Under the pieces are notes generated by a model. That model did no database searches. It saw only the letters and a program-made list of their open reading frames with translations, and had not been told where the DNA came from. From a virus: DNA of 48,224 nt. Shown here one piece after another: positions 22,643-32,621 of the stretch. The translations under genes and the position numbers were made by a program. Positions within the stretch are counted from its first letter, which is position 1; every line of letters begins with the position of its first letter. The DNA is taken from the IMG/VR virus record IMGVR_UViG_3300045988_113942, one strand, 5' to 3'.

Positions 22643-23005
22643 ATGGCAATGCAAGAAACTCATACGACGACTGTCGACAATCTTTTCGCTGCGTCGCAGA
22701 TCATGCCGGTTGTTGCTGACAGCATGATGGTCAAGACTAGCCAGGGCGTGCTCAAGCGCGGCGCTCTGCTTGATAAGGACGGCACGCTCTGCAAGGTTGA
22801 CTCTGGGAAGACGACGATTTCTGCAGTGTATGCAGTCCTTGCCGAGGACGTGGATACGGCTTCCGGCGACAAGGTCGCTGCCGTGTATCTCACCGGCGAA
22901 TTCAACGAAGATGCTCTTTCTTTTAACGCTGAGAACAGCGCTGCCGTTGCGGACTTCAAGCCGTCTGCTCGTCAGGTCAGCATCTTCTTCAAGCCGAGCA
23001 TCTAA
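22643..23005 (+). CDS. Head decoration protein (gpD-like)
   Basis: GVLKRGALL...AVLAEDVDTASGDKVAAVYLTGEFNEDAL. Confidence 0.75.
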   Translation: MAMQETHTTTVDNLFAASQIMPVVADSMMVKTSQGVLKRGALLDKDGTLCKVDSGKTTISAVYAVLAEDVDTASGDKVAAVYLTGEFNEDALSFNAENSAAVADFKPSARQVSIFFKPSI

Positions 23006-23026
23006 ATCTCAGGAGGGACTACAACA

Positions 23027-24079
23027 ATGGCAATTGATATGTTTACTACTCGCACGATGCTCGCGATGGTCGAAGAAGGCCAAAAGAGCAATTCCACCTG
23101 GTTGCGCGATCGCTACTTTACGAATCGCCCGACCTTCCACACCCAGAAGATCGACTTCGACATCATCGGTCGCGGCGGTCGCAAGATTGCGCCCTTCGTC
23201 AACCCGAAGGTTGGCGGTGTCGTGCTGACGCGCGAAGGTTTCCGCACGGAAAGTTACGAAGCGCCGGAAGTTTCTCCGATGCGCGTGACGACGGCAGAAG
23301 ATATGCTGAAGCGCCTGCCTGGCGAAACGATCTACTCCGCAAAGAGCCCGACGCAGCGTGCTGCCGAAATCCTCGGCAAGGACTTGTCCGACCTCGACGA
23401 CATCATCACGCGTCGTGAAGAGGTCATGTGCGCCGAGGCTCTTTTCCAGGGCAAGGTGACGGTCAAGGGCGAAGGCTACGATGAAGTCCTGAACTACTGG
23501 GCTCACCTGGAGACGAAGGAGCAGCCGAAGACTACTTTGGGCACGAAGTGGGACGCTGCTGACGCCGCCCAGATCATGGGCGATCTTCGTACGCTTCGTC
23601 GCACGATGATTCAGTCCGGCGGCTTTACTCCGCACGAGCTGATCTGCGGCTCGAAGGTGCTTGATACGATCCTCGATAAGCTCACGACTGCCAATCAGCT
23701 CGATATGCGTCGCGTCGACATGGGCGCGATTGATCCGCAGCACTTGCCGAATGGCGTGACGTACTGGGGCTATCTCAAGGACTCCGGTCTTGACATCTAC
23801 TCTTATGACGAGTGGTACACGGATGACGCCGGCAAGGAACAGCCGATGGTTCCCGAAAAACTCTGCATGCTCGCAAGCCCGAACGCGAAGACGATGCTTG
23901 CTTACGGCCTGGTTTCCTTGACCGGTGATGATGCGGTCAAGTTCTACGAAGGCGCTCGTGTCCCTGATTCTTGGGTTCAGCGCGCCAACCCGTCTGGTCG
24001 TATTGTGCAGATCAAGAGCCGTCCGCTGCCGATCATTCAGCAGATTCACGGCTTCCATGTCATCGAAGCTCTTTCTTAA
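23027..24079 (+). CDS. Major capsid protein, lambda gpE family
   Basis: FTTRTMLAMVEE....WLRDRYF......QKIDFD.....RKIAPFVNPKVGG. Confidence 0.92.
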   Translation: MAIDMFTTRTMLAMVEEGQKSNSTWLRDRYFTNRPTFHTQKIDFDIIGRGGRKIAPFVNPKVGGVVLTREGFRTESYEAPEVSPMRVTTAEDMLKRLPGETIYSAKSPTQRAAEILGKDLSDLDDIITRREEVMCAEALFQGKVTVKGEGYDEVLNYWAHLETKEQPKTTLGTKWDAADAAQIMGDLRTLRRTMIQSGGFTPHELICGSKVLDTILDKLTTANQLDMRRVDMGAIDPQHLPNGVTYWGYLKDSGLDIYSYDEWYTDDAGKEQPMVPEKLCMLASPNAKTMLAYGLVSLTGDDAVKFYEGARVPDSWVQRANPSGRIVQIKSRPLPIIQQIHGFHVIEALS

Positions 24080-24099
24080 GAGCGACAAAAACCGAATCA

Positions 24100-24126
24100 G
24101 GGCAGGCAATACGACCTGCCCTTTTT
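24100..24126 (+). terminator. Rho-independent terminator / attenuator after the capsid gene
   Basis: gggcagg caatacga cctgccc ttttt. Confidence 0.7.
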
Positions 24127-24142
24127 CGTAGGAGGGACAGAA

Positions 24143-24415
24143 ATGAAAGTTGTTCTTTTAGAAAACCTCCTCATTTCCGGCAAACGCTACACGGCGGGTG
24201 AGGAGAGCGAGGTTGACGAGACGGTCGGACTTCAGCTTCTCAAGGACAATCTGGCGCTCGTCGGTGTGAATGAGGTCGAGAACGATCCTGTCGAAGAAGC
24301 TCCACTGCCGACGCCGGAAGCTGCTTTTGCTCCGATTCCCGAGGCGCAGGATGAGCCAGAGCCTGAAGTCAAGCAACCTGTCAAGCGTCGCGTGACGAAG
24401 AAGGTGGAGGGATGA
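24143..24415 (+). CDS. Hypothetical head-associated protein
   Basis: 90-aa ORF with a Pro/Glu-rich C-terminus. Confidence 0.5.
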   Translation: MKVVLLENLLISGKRYTAGEESEVDETVGLQLLKDNLALVGVNEVENDPVEEAPLPTPEAAFAPIPEAQDEPEPEVKQPVKRRVTKKVEG

Positions 24416-24726
24416 GCGCCTTCAAGGATGCTGTTGCGGCGGATGTGGGACGCGTCTTCCTAAACCTTGACGAGTTTGCCGAGGAGCACGAAATCGGTCA
24501 TGAGGTCGTGCCTTGCATTCTCGACAAGATCATCACGCAGGCGAACGGCGACGATTCATACCTTGGCGTTTTTGTCAACCAGTTGACGATCTATGTCGAA
24601 GTCGGCGTGATTGAAACACCGGTTGAAGGCGAGCTTCTCAACGTCGACGGCGCGCTTCATCTTGTCAAGTCCGTCAGCAATGAGGGCGGCGTACTTGTCA
24701 TCGTGACGGAGGGGAATGAGCAATGA
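24412..24726 (+). CDS. Putative head-tail connector protein
   Basis: 104-aa ORF; assigned by position between capsid and tail genes and by 4-nt overlaps. Confidence 0.4.
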   Translation: MSAFKDAVAADVGRVFLNLDEFAEEHEIGHEVVPCILDKIITQANGDDSYLGVFVNQLTIYVEVGVIETPVEGELLNVDGALHLVKSVSNEGGVLVIVTEGNEQ

Positions 24727-25331
24727 GTAAACCGCTAGAGGTAATCGTTTCCGACGGGCAGGGGCGGAACAAGAACGCTCTTGAGAAGGCGGCCAAGTTG
24801 CTCTCGGAAGTTCCGAACGGATACGAGGCAGCCGTCAGTCGTTCGATGAATCGTGCGGCCACTGCCGGACGCTCTGCTGCGGTCTCAACGATCCGGCAGG
24901 AGTACACGATCAAGGCTTCAACGGTTCGCCGTAACTTCACCATCCATAAGGCGACGCGCTCAGACCTTGAAGCGCTGGTCACGAGTAAGGGGCCTCGCAT
25001 CCCGTTGGTGAATTACAAGACTCGTCCGAAAACTGACACGACCGGCAATGCACGAAAGCCGGTGCGCGTCGCCGTCAAGGCACGGGGAGGCTTGAAGCCT
25101 TTGGGTAAGTCGTTCGTCTACCGGGGAAAGATTCTTCAGCGTTTGGATACGAGTTCGCTTCCTGTGCAGGAGGTCTACGGTCCAGCCATTCCGGTGCTGT
25201 CTGGGAATAACGAGGTCGTAGACAACGTCGAAAAGACGATGCAGGAGACCTTCCTCAAGCGTCTGGATCACGAAACCGGCTATCTCCTCGGCGGTGGGAA
25301 AACCAACAAATACACCAAACACAAGGGGTGA
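24723..25331 (+). CDS. gpZ-like minor tail / neck protein
   Basis: AVSRSMNRAATAGRSAAVSTIRQEYTIKASTVR resembles the prophage minor tail protein Z pattern. Confidence 0.5.
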   Translation: MSKPLEVIVSDGQGRNKNALEKAAKLLSEVPNGYEAAVSRSMNRAATAGRSAAVSTIRQEYTIKASTVRRNFTIHKATRSDLEALVTSKGPRIPLVNYKTRPKTDTTGNARKPVRVAVKARGGLKPLGKSFVYRGKILQRLDTSSLPVQEVYGPAIPVLSGNNEVVDNVEKTMQETFLKRLDHETGYLLGGGKTNKYTKHKG

Positions 25332-25816
25332 TTCGTATGGTCGAAAACGAGCTGACCCGCACACTTCGCGGGCTGTGTGCCGAAGCCGTGAAGAACTTCG
25401 CCTTGCCGACGAAGTCAGAACGCGGACAAGAGAAAGAGGAGCTTCGTGCTCCTCAAATCATAAATGGCTACCTACCGCCGAAGCGGTCAGGGCAGAAGGA
25501 CGATTTTCCGTTCGTTCTCGTGCGGGCCGATGAGGGTACGACCGACCAGGACTCCACAGAAGTGCAGGTGTCGATCATAGTCGGGACCTACTCCGAAGAG
25601 TACGACGGGCACGAATACTGTCTGAACGTTATGTCCCGCATTCGCACTGCGCTGTGCTCCTTGCCGGGGATGACCTTGGCTAATCGGTATCGGCTGAAGC
25701 ATCCGATCAAGTGGAGCACCTATGCGGAGCAGCCCTATCCGTACTGGCAGCTCGACATGCAGACGACGTGGGACATCCGCACGCCGCAGCCAATCAATCA
25801 AGAGGAGGACTTCTGA
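25328..25816 (+). CDS. Hypothetical neck / tail completion protein
   Basis: 162-aa ORF, assigned by position. The start could instead be the ATG at 25337. Confidence 0.45.
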   Translation: MIRMVENELTRTLRGLCAEAVKNFALPTKSERGQEKEELRAPQIINGYLPPKRSGQKDDFPFVLVRADEGTTDQDSTEVQVSIIVGTYSEEYDGHEYCLNVMSRIRTALCSLPGMTLANRYRLKHPIKWSTYAEQPYPYWQLDMQTTWDIRTPQPINQEEDF

Positions 25817-26091
25817 TGACTACGAAGAAACCCACAACTAAAAAGGCGCAAGCCACCGAGGGGAAGGCCGTTGTTTATATCGGCCCGACTCTTGGCGGCG
25901 GTGCACTGATGCGCAATGCGGTTTTCCGTGCAGGGGAGTTTCCTCCGCACATCGTATCGATGCGCGAAAAGAGTGAGGCCCTGCGCGGTCTCTTTGTCCC
26001 GGTGTCTGAACTGGCGACAGCGCGAAAGCGCATCGGCGTGAAGGGCGACATCCTGCACGCCTATGTGCGTCAACTCAAAAATGAACTCTAA
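25816..26091 (+). CDS. Hypothetical protein
   Basis: MTTKKPTTKK... The ATG at 25816 overlaps the upstream TGA. The track ORF from 25711 was trimmed. Confidence 0.5.
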   Translation: MTTKKPTTKKAQATEGKAVVYIGPTLGGGALMRNAVFRAGEFPPHIVSMREKSEALRGLFVPVSELATARKRIGVKGDILHAYVRQLKNEL

Positions 26092-26103
26092 GGAGGTCAT
26101 CAA

Positions 26104-27582
26104 ATGGCATACAACCACGGGGTAAAAATCTCCGAAGTGCCGACTTCTATCCTGCCGCCTGTGCAGGTTGAGGCGGCTATTCCTTTCATTGTCGGGACTG
26201 CTCCGGTCAATATGACCGATCCGACCAACGTCAATAAGCCCGTTCTCTGCTACTCGTATGACGAGGCTGTCGCTGCTTTTGGCTACGTGCCGCCGGTCGA
26301 GGACAGCGCGAGCGGTCTGAAAAAGTACGACTTCACACTGAGTGAGGCGATTTATTCGCAGTTCGCTCTCTTTGGCGTCGCACCGATCATCGTTGTTAAT
26401 GTGCTTGATCCTACGAAGCACAAGAAGACGGCGACGGCAAAGACGGTGACGCTTGACTCGAAGACCGGCTCTGCAACGATTGCAGAGACCGGCATCATCC
26501 TGTCGACTCTCAAGCTTTCTCAGGACGTTACGACCTACAAGGAAGGCACGGATTTCGTCGCAACATTCAATGATGCGGGGCATCTGGTCATCACTTCGAA
26601 GAAGGACGAGGACAACTTCAAGGTGCCGGTTGGCGCGTCGCTGACTTTGGCGGCCGAGAAGCTCGATCCGTCTGCTGTGACGAAGTCTGAAATCATCGGC
26701 GGCGTTTCCGTTGACGGTGCAAAGAGCGGCCTTGAGCTTGTTGGCGAGTGCTTCCCGCGCTTCCGTCTCGTACCGGGGCAGATTGTCGCTCCAAAGTATT
26801 CGAGCGATCCTGAAGTCGCGGCTGTGATGGCGGCCAAGGCCGTCAACATCAACGAACACTTCAGGGCTATTGCTCTGATTGATGTTCCGACAGATACCGT
26901 CGATTCCTACTCGAAGGTCGCTGAATGGAAGAACAACAATAACGTCGTCGATGAGGCGCAAGTCGCATGTTGGCCGATGCTTGCCCTTTCTGGCACGGCG
27001 TACCACATGAGTACTCAGCTCATGGGCCTTATCGGCAAGGTGGACGGTGAAAACGACAGCACGCCGTATGTCAGCCCGTCCAATAAGAACTTCCAGATGA
27101 CTTCCACGGTCCTTTCGAACGGCAAGGAGGTTTGGCTGGGGCCTGAAAACGGCGCTTACCTGAACGGCCAGGGCGTCGTGACAGCTCTCAACTTCATCGG
27201 CGGTTGGGTGTGCTGGGGCAATCGAATGGCCTGCTACCCGGGCAACACGGACGTGAAGGATTCCTTCATTCCGGTTCGACGAATGTTCAACTGGGTCGGC
27301 AACACGCTTGTTCAGACCTTCTGGCAGCGCGTGGATGCGCCTTTGAACCGCCGTCAGGTCGACACGATTGTTGACAGTGCAAACATTTGGCTCAACGGCC
27401 TCGCTGCTCGCCAGTACATCCTCGGCGGTCGCGTGGAGTTCCTTGAGAGCGAAAACCCGACGACGGACCTGATGGACGGCATCGCACGCTTCCATGTGTA
27501 CGTGACGCCGCCGTCTCCGAATCGCGAGATCGATTTCATCCTTGAATACGACGCTAGCTATCTCTCGACGCTGTTTGAATAA
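26104..27582 (+). CDS. Contractile tail sheath protein
   Basis: MAYNHGVKISEVPTSI..P......IPFIVGTAP is a typical sheath N-terminus. 492 aa, followed by the tube gene. Confidence 0.92.
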   Translation: MAYNHGVKISEVPTSILPPVQVEAAIPFIVGTAPVNMTDPTNVNKPVLCYSYDEAVAAFGYVPPVEDSASGLKKYDFTLSEAIYSQFALFGVAPIIVVNVLDPTKHKKTATAKTVTLDSKTGSATIAETGIILSTLKLSQDVTTYKEGTDFVATFNDAGHLVITSKKDEDNFKVPVGASLTLAAEKLDPSAVTKSEIIGGVSVDGAKSGLELVGECFPRFRLVPGQIVAPKYSSDPEVAAVMAAKAVNINEHFRAIALIDVPTDTVDSYSKVAEWKNNNNVVDEAQVACWPMLALSGTAYHMSTQLMGLIGKVDGENDSTPYVSPSNKNFQMTSTVLSNGKEVWLGPENGAYLNGQGVVTALNFIGGWVCWGNRMACYPGNTDVKDSFIPVRRMFNWVGNTLVQTFWQRVDAPLNRRQVDTIVDSANIWLNGLAARQYILGGRVEFLESENPTTDLMDGIARFHVYVTPPSPNREIDFILEYDASYLSTLFE

Positions 27583-27595
27583 GGAGGCTTGAATT

Positions 27596-28126
27596 ATGGC
27601 AACTGGAAACAAGGTGCCCGAGCGCCTGATTAACTTCCGCGTTTACAACGACGGAAACGACTTGCTCGGCGTCGCGAATGTGGACTTGCCGTCCATCGAA
27701 GCGATGAGTGACACGGTCAGCGGAGCTGGCATTGCCGGTGAAGTTGAAAGCCCGATCCTTGGTCATTTCGGCTCGATGACTGCGACCTTCACTTGGCGCA
27801 CCATCACGCCGGAGCTTGCAAAGCTCGCGAACCAAAAGGCGCATGCGCTTGACTTGCGAGGATCGCAGCAGGTATACGACGCGGCGCTCGGCGAATATTC
27901 GTCCGTTCCTGTGCGTGTTTCTCTGCGTGCGACGCCGAAGAGCATTTCCCTCGGATCGTTTGAGGTCGGTTCCACGACGGACAGCGAAACCGAGTTTGAG
28001 GTGATTTACATGAAGGTCCTTGTGAATGGCAAGGAACTCATCGAAATCGACAAGTACAACTTCATCGCCAAGTTCGACGGCGAAGACAAGCTCGCAAGTG
28101 TTCGAAAGGACCTGGGCTTGGCGTAA
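27596..28126 (+). CDS. Tail tube protein (P2 FII-like)
   Basis: VPERLINFRVYNDGNDLLGVANVDLPSIEAMSDTVSGAGIAGE. Confidence 0.9.
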   Translation: MATGNKVPERLINFRVYNDGNDLLGVANVDLPSIEAMSDTVSGAGIAGEVESPILGHFGSMTATFTWRTITPELAKLANQKAHALDLRGSQQVYDAALGEYSSVPVRVSLRATPKSISLGSFEVGSTTDSETEFEVIYMKVLVNGKELIEIDKYNFIAKFDGEDKLASVRKDLGLA

Positions 28127-28189
28127 AGCACAACGCCGGGGGCGGCATGAGCCGTGCCCCGGCAATCCCAACATAAAGGAGTGAATCTC

Positions 28190-28465
28190 ATGAAGTACAT
28201 CCTCTCGAAGGAATACGAGTTCGAAGGCCAGAAGTACACTGAAATCGAGATCGATCTCGACGTGCTCACCGGCAAGGACGTGTCTGCCGCAAAGCGCGAG
28301 TGGACCCGCGCAGGGAACTTCTCGCCGCTGATGGCGTCCGACACGGACTTCTGCGTCTACCTTTCCGCGAAGGCTGCAAAGCAGCCGATTGAATTCATGG
28401 AAGGCTTGCCGGCGAAGGACTACTGCGCGATCGGGCAGGAGGTCGCGAATTTTTTGCTGGGGTGA
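28190..28465 (+). CDS. Tail assembly chaperone (P2 gpE-like), zero-frame product
   Basis: The gene sits between tube and tape measure and ends just after the TTTTTTG slippery site. Confidence 0.8.
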   Translation: MKYILSKEYEFEGQKYTEIEIDLDVLTGKDVSAAKREWTRAGNFSPLMASDTDFCVYLSAKAAKQPIEFMEGLPAKDYCAIGQEVANFLLG

Positions 28466-28647
28466 TCGGCTTTGCAGAACGGTCTGATCCTGACGACGAG
28501 GTCAAGTCTGCGGCGGTATCCATTGCGCGCGTCATTAAAGGCGGTGCGCTTGAGTGGATGCAAGAGCCGTTGATTGAGCTCGCATCATGGAACAGGACGA
28601 TCACAAAGCAGCTCGAAGCGGAAGCTCGGGCGGCGAAGAAAAAATAA
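28190..28647 (+). CDS. Tail chaperone -1 frameshift product (gpE+E'-like)
   Basis: The heptamer T TTT TTG at 28450-28456 is in the correct zero-frame phase. The -1 frame continues AGVIGFAERSDPDDEVK... to the stop at 28645-28647. Confidence 0.7.
28450..28456 (+). promoter_or_regulatory. Programmed -1 ribosomal frameshift slippery heptamer TTTTTTG
   Basis: Direct read. The sequence and context match the P2 E/E' site. Confidence 0.7.
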
Positions 28648-28667
28648 GGCGGGAAACCGCCTTTTTT
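28646..28667 (+). terminator. Hairpin plus T-run between the chaperone and tape-measure genes (attenuator)
   Basis: aaggcgg gaaa ccgcctt tttt. Confidence 0.5.
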
Positions 28668-28684
28668 CGTAAGGAGGTGACCTC

Positions 28685-31279
28685 ATGTCGAAGGTTTACG
28701 ACATTGCCTTCAAGATCGCGGGGAAGCTTTCCGGAGACTTCGCGAACACCTTCAAGAAAGGGCAGGAGACCGTCGCCCGCATGGGTGATTCACTCGCTAC
28801 GCTGAATGCGAAAGCTGCAAAGATGGACGGCCTGGTAAAGGCACGCAAGGCTGTAGGCGAAAGTTCGCGAGAGTACATCCGTGCGAAAGAAAAGGTCGCA
28901 GCACTTGGAAGAGCAATGAGCGCGACCAAGGAGCCGTCCGCCCAGATGGTCTCCGAGTTCAATAAGGCGAAAGCCGCCCTTGAAAAGTCGAAGGCTGCTC
29001 TTGAGCGGAATCGATCTTCTTTGCGCGAACTCGACGGGCAGATGGGAACGACCGGCACGCACCTGAGGACGCTTATCGAGCGACAGAATGCGCTCGCACA
29101 ATCAGCTGACAGGGCTAGAGCGGCACAACAGAGGCTTGCGAAGATCAACGAGCGCCTAGGAAAGGCCAGTGATGCTCAAGGGAAGATGAGCGAAATGAGA
29201 TCTTCCAGCGCGGGCACTCTTATGGGCGTTGGTGCTACGGTTGCCGCAACCGCAGGTGCGCCGGTCAAGCAGGCCATGAGTTTTGAAGATCAGCAGGCCG
29301 AGCTCCGAAAGTTCTCGGACGACTACAAGCAAGTCTTTGACGGCATTCAGAAACTCTCACTCCAGTATGCGAAGAGCACTGAGGACATGACGGCAATGGC
29401 GGCGAACGCCTTCCAGTCCGGCATCGCAAAGACGGCTGACGAAGCCCTGAAGCTCGTTGAAATTCAGAACCAGATGGCAATCGCTTTCGACATGACGGGC
29501 GATGAGGTTGGTGCTGCCTATGCGGACATCCAGTCGAAGATGGGCATCAACATCGAGCAGAGTAAGGCGATGTTTGACATCGTCAACCAGATCGGCAACA
29601 CCACATCGGCATCCGCCAAGGATGTTGTCGAGGTGCTTGCTCGATCTGGTGGTGCTCTTAAGGGCTTGACTGCGATGAATGAGAAGCAGATTGCTGCTCT
29701 GGCAGGGTCCTTCCGATCCGCGTCCGTTTCGTCTGAAGTAGCTTCGACGTCGATGATGTCCTTCATTAACGCGTTGTCGTCTGGTGAAGGTGCAACAAAG
29801 GGGCAGAAGAAGGCGATGGAAGAGCTCGGCATTGATGCGGGCAAAATGGCCCACATGATGACATCGAACTCTGAGAACGCTCAGAAGGCCATTCAGGACG
29901 TTTTCAAGCGCATCAACGGCCTGCGAGAAGATCAGAAGTCGTCGATCATCGGCGCGCTCTTCGGGAACGAAGCGGGCGTCAAGTCTGCGGTTGCAACGCT
30001 TGCCAAGCAGGGCGACCTGCTTGCGGGCAACTTTGCGATGATTTCCGACCCGGCTCAGTATGCCGGGTCCATGCTGAAAGAGTTCCAGTCCAGGGCTGAC
30101 ACGACTTCGAACTCACTGCAGATTGCAGGTAACGCGGTCAAGTTAGTCGCCGGCGGAATCGGGACCGCTCTTCTTCCAGCTGTCCGAAAGTCGGCAGAAG
30201 CCTTCGTGAAAAGTAGCGAGGGCGTCATCAAGTGGGTGAGTGAGAATCAGTCGTTGATTCTGACGGCCATGAAGGTCGGCGGAGCGATTCTCGGTTCTGT
30301 GGCTGCCTTTCATGCGTTACGGCTTGGCTTCGCGCTTTTGGCGAGCCCGGTCATCTCCATGTACAAGGGCTTCCTGAACATTCAGAAGGCCATTTTGTGG
30401 ATGCGTAACAGCACGGTGCTTGCGACGATCGCGTCGAAGGCTCAGGCCGTTGCGCTCGGTGCGTGGAAGCTCGTCGTTATGGCTGCAACGACTGCAGCGA
30501 AGCTGATGCGTGGGGCGATGCTGCTACTCAATGGCGCAATGCGTGCGAATTCTGTCGGCTTCGTCATTACGGCTTTTACGTTGCTAGTAGGAGCCGGTCT
30601 CGCGGTCTACAAAAACTGGGACACGATCAAGGCGAAGGCTGTCGAGCTGTGGAGTTCGTTCTCCTCGAACTTCCCGAACATTGCTTCGGTCGTGAAGGCA
30701 AATTTCGCGATTGTCGCTGACGTTGCGAAGAATGTCTGGGGTGTCTTCTCGAATCTCATCGGGTTCGTGAAAAACGTCTTCACTGGTCAATGGTCGGCGG
30801 CCTGGGAAAACGTCAAGGGCATCTTCTCGAACGCGTTTCAGGCGCTTGTTGGTATTGCGAAGGCTCCAATCAACAACGTCATTAATCTGGTGAATGGCGC
30901 AATCGGCGCGATCAACGGCATTTCGGTTGATATTCCGGAGTGGGTTCCGAAATTCGGCGGTCAGACATTTGGTGTCAACCTACCGAAGATTCCGCAGCTT
31001 GCTACGGGCGGCATCGCAACGCGCTCAACGCTTGCCAATATCGGCGAGGGTGGGGAGCCTGAGGCGGTTATTCCGCTGTCGAAGCTCTCGAACATGCTCG
31101 GTGCCGGGGTCGGCATGGGAGGCGGCATCACCGTCAATTTCGCTCCTGTCATCAACGTTTCGGGCGGCTCTGGTGATGCCTACGAAGGCGTGAAGCGCGG
31201 CCTTGATGAAGGTCGCCGACAGCTTGAAAAGGACCTGCGCCGTCTTATGGCGGATCAGCAGCGTCTATCTTTTGCATAA
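28685..31279 (+). CDS. Tail tape measure protein
   Basis: 864 aa with a coiled-coil N-terminus, a Gly/Ala-rich hydrophobic middle, and the expected position after the chaperone. Confidence 0.92.
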   Translation: MSKVYDIAFKIAGKLSGDFANTFKKGQETVARMGDSLATLNAKAAKMDGLVKARKAVGESSREYIRAKEKVAALGRAMSATKEPSAQMVSEFNKAKAALEKSKAALERNRSSLRELDGQMGTTGTHLRTLIERQNALAQSADRARAAQQRLAKINERLGKASDAQGKMSEMRSSSAGTLMGVGATVAATAGAPVKQAMSFEDQQAELRKFSDDYKQVFDGIQKLSLQYAKSTEDMTAMAANAFQSGIAKTADEALKLVEIQNQMAIAFDMTGDEVGAAYADIQSKMGINIEQSKAMFDIVNQIGNTTSASAKDVVEVLARSGGALKGLTAMNEKQIAALAGSFRSASVSSEVASTSMMSFINALSSGEGATKGQKKAMEELGIDAGKMAHMMTSNSENAQKAIQDVFKRINGLREDQKSSIIGALFGNEAGVKSAVATLAKQGDLLAGNFAMISDPAQYAGSMLKEFQSRADTTSNSLQIAGNAVKLVAGGIGTALLPAVRKSAEAFVKSSEGVIKWVSENQSLILTAMKVGGAILGSVAAFHALRLGFALLASPVISMYKGFLNIQKAILWMRNSTVLATIASKAQAVALGAWKLVVMAATTAAKLMRGAMLLLNGAMRANSVGFVITAFTLLVGAGLAVYKNWDTIKAKAVELWSSFSSNFPNIASVVKANFAIVADVAKNVWGVFSNLIGFVKNVFTGQWSAAWENVKGIFSNAFQALVGIAKAPINNVINLVNGAIGAINGISVDIPEWVPKFGGQTFGVNLPKIPQLATGGIATRSTLANIGEGGEPEAVIPLSKLSNMLGAGVGMGGGITVNFAPVINVSGGSGDAYEGVKRGLDEGRRQLEKDLRRLMADQQRLSFA

Positions 31280-31291
31280 GGAGGCGGTGAC

Positions 31292-31516
31292 GTGAAGACA
31301 TACACGACCGTCGCGCAGGACACCTGGGACATCATCGCCAAACGAGTCTATGGCTCCGAAGCTTTGATGGACCAGTTGATCCGCGCGAATTTACAGCACC
31401 GGAAGACGGTGTTCTTTAGTGCTGGCGTTGTGCTCAATGTGCCGGACATTGACACGGAATCGGCTGAGTTTGCCGAGAATCTGCCGCCTTGGAAGCGTCC
31501 GGAGGGAACGCGATGA
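31292..31516 (+). CDS. Tail protein X (P2 gpX-like, LysM-like)
   Basis: YTTVAQDTWDIIAKRVYGSEALMDQLIRANL. Confidence 0.75.
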   Translation: MKTYTTVAQDTWDIIAKRVYGSEALMDQLIRANLQHRKTVFFSAGVVLNVPDIDTESAEFAENLPPWKRPEGTR

Positions 31517-32610
31517 GTGGCCCCATCCAGACCAATTTGAGGCTCCTCTTCACCGAAGCCGGCAAGTCGGTGTCGGAGGACATTCTGCCGGATCTGCTCT
31601 CTTTCACGTACGACGACAAAGAGACAAATGAGGCTGACGAAATCAGCATCACTTTGAAGGACCCGACGGGAAAGTGGGCGAGCAAGTGGAAGCCGGACGG
31701 CGGTGAAGTCGTCCGAGCTTACATCGCATCCGGGACGGTTGATGGGAAGAAAGGGCGCGAGCTTTTCTGCGGAAAGTTCTTCGTCGATTCGCTCCGCACC
31801 AGTGGCTCGCCTCGTGTTTTCGAGATGCGGGCCGTGTCGGTCCCGATGAATACACCGATCCGTCGAAAGATGGTGACAAAGGCATGGGAAAAGAAAACGC
31901 TAAAGGGCATCGCTCAGGAGATAGCGGCGGCCGCGAAAGTCAAGCTCCTCTTTGATTCGAAGGAGAACCCGAGCTACGACCGACAGGATCAGAAGGCAGA
32001 AAGCAACTTGAAGTTTCTCTCGCGCCTATGTGAAGACGCCGGGCTTTCGATCAAGGTGACGGACTCGCAGATTGTGATCTTCGACCAGGCTTTCTACGAG
32101 AAGAAGAAGCCGGTCAAAACACTCACGCTAGGCGTTTCGGACATTCTTTCGTGGGACTTTGAGTCGCAGCAGTCTGAGACGTACAAGAGTTGCACGATCT
32201 CATACCGCAACCCTAAGGAAAAGAAGAAGTCCTCCGCAGGCGGCTACACGTCGAACGAGTACGACATCGATGCCGTTCCAGAGAAGAAAAATCCCGCCGT
32301 CATGACGTACACCTACGTCGCCCCGAACGCCGATGACAACGGTCAGGAGTACCAGGTCAAGAAGCGTGCGACTTCAATTTCCGAAGCTAAGCGGATCGCC
32401 AAAGCGACGCTGCGCAAGCTCAATCTGCGAAAGATGACCGGTAGCCTTTCCCTTGTCGGCGACACGTCCCTTGTGGCGGGTGTCGTCATCAATCTGAAAG
32501 GCTTCGGGTCGTTCGATGGGGCGTTCATCATCGAGAGCGCTTCGCACAGCGTCAGCACGAGCGGCTACGTGACGAGCCTTTCGGTTCGACGCGTCAACAA
32601 CAACTATTGA
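31513..32610 (+). CDS. Tail protein D (P2 gpD-like)
   Basis: DLLSFTYDDKETNEADEISITLKD, about 365 aa, ATGA-coupled to gpX. Confidence 0.88.
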   Translation: MSGPIQTNLRLLFTEAGKSVSEDILPDLLSFTYDDKETNEADEISITLKDPTGKWASKWKPDGGEVVRAYIASGTVDGKKGRELFCGKFFVDSLRTSGSPRVFEMRAVSVPMNTPIRRKMVTKAWEKKTLKGIAQEIAAAAKVKLLFDSKENPSYDRQDQKAESNLKFLSRLCEDAGLSIKVTDSQIVIFDQAFYEKKKPVKTLTLGVSDILSWDFESQQSETYKSCTISYRNPKEKKKSSAGGYTSNEYDIDAVPEKKNPAVMTYTYVAPNADDNGQEYQVKKRATSISEAKRIAKATLRKLNLRKMTGSLSLVGDTSLVAGVVINLKGFGSFDGAFIIESASHSVSTSGYVTSLSVRRVNNNY

Positions 32611-32621
32611 GGAGGTGCGGC

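Noticed and set aside
25798-27612. 604-aa minus-strand ORF. Other long antisense ORFs of the same kind are 23009-24109, 20828-21721, 20102-20815, 39896-40750, 19064-19732, 41309-41977, 27554-28174 and 5752-6558.
   Set aside because: - Each lies exactly antisense to a confidently identified gene (sheath, capsid, portal, fibre, ParB-like, DUF4376-like, tube, exonuclease).
- Their translations are low-complexity and Arg/His-rich, with no recognisable motifs.
- Long antisense ORFs are expected at this GC content.
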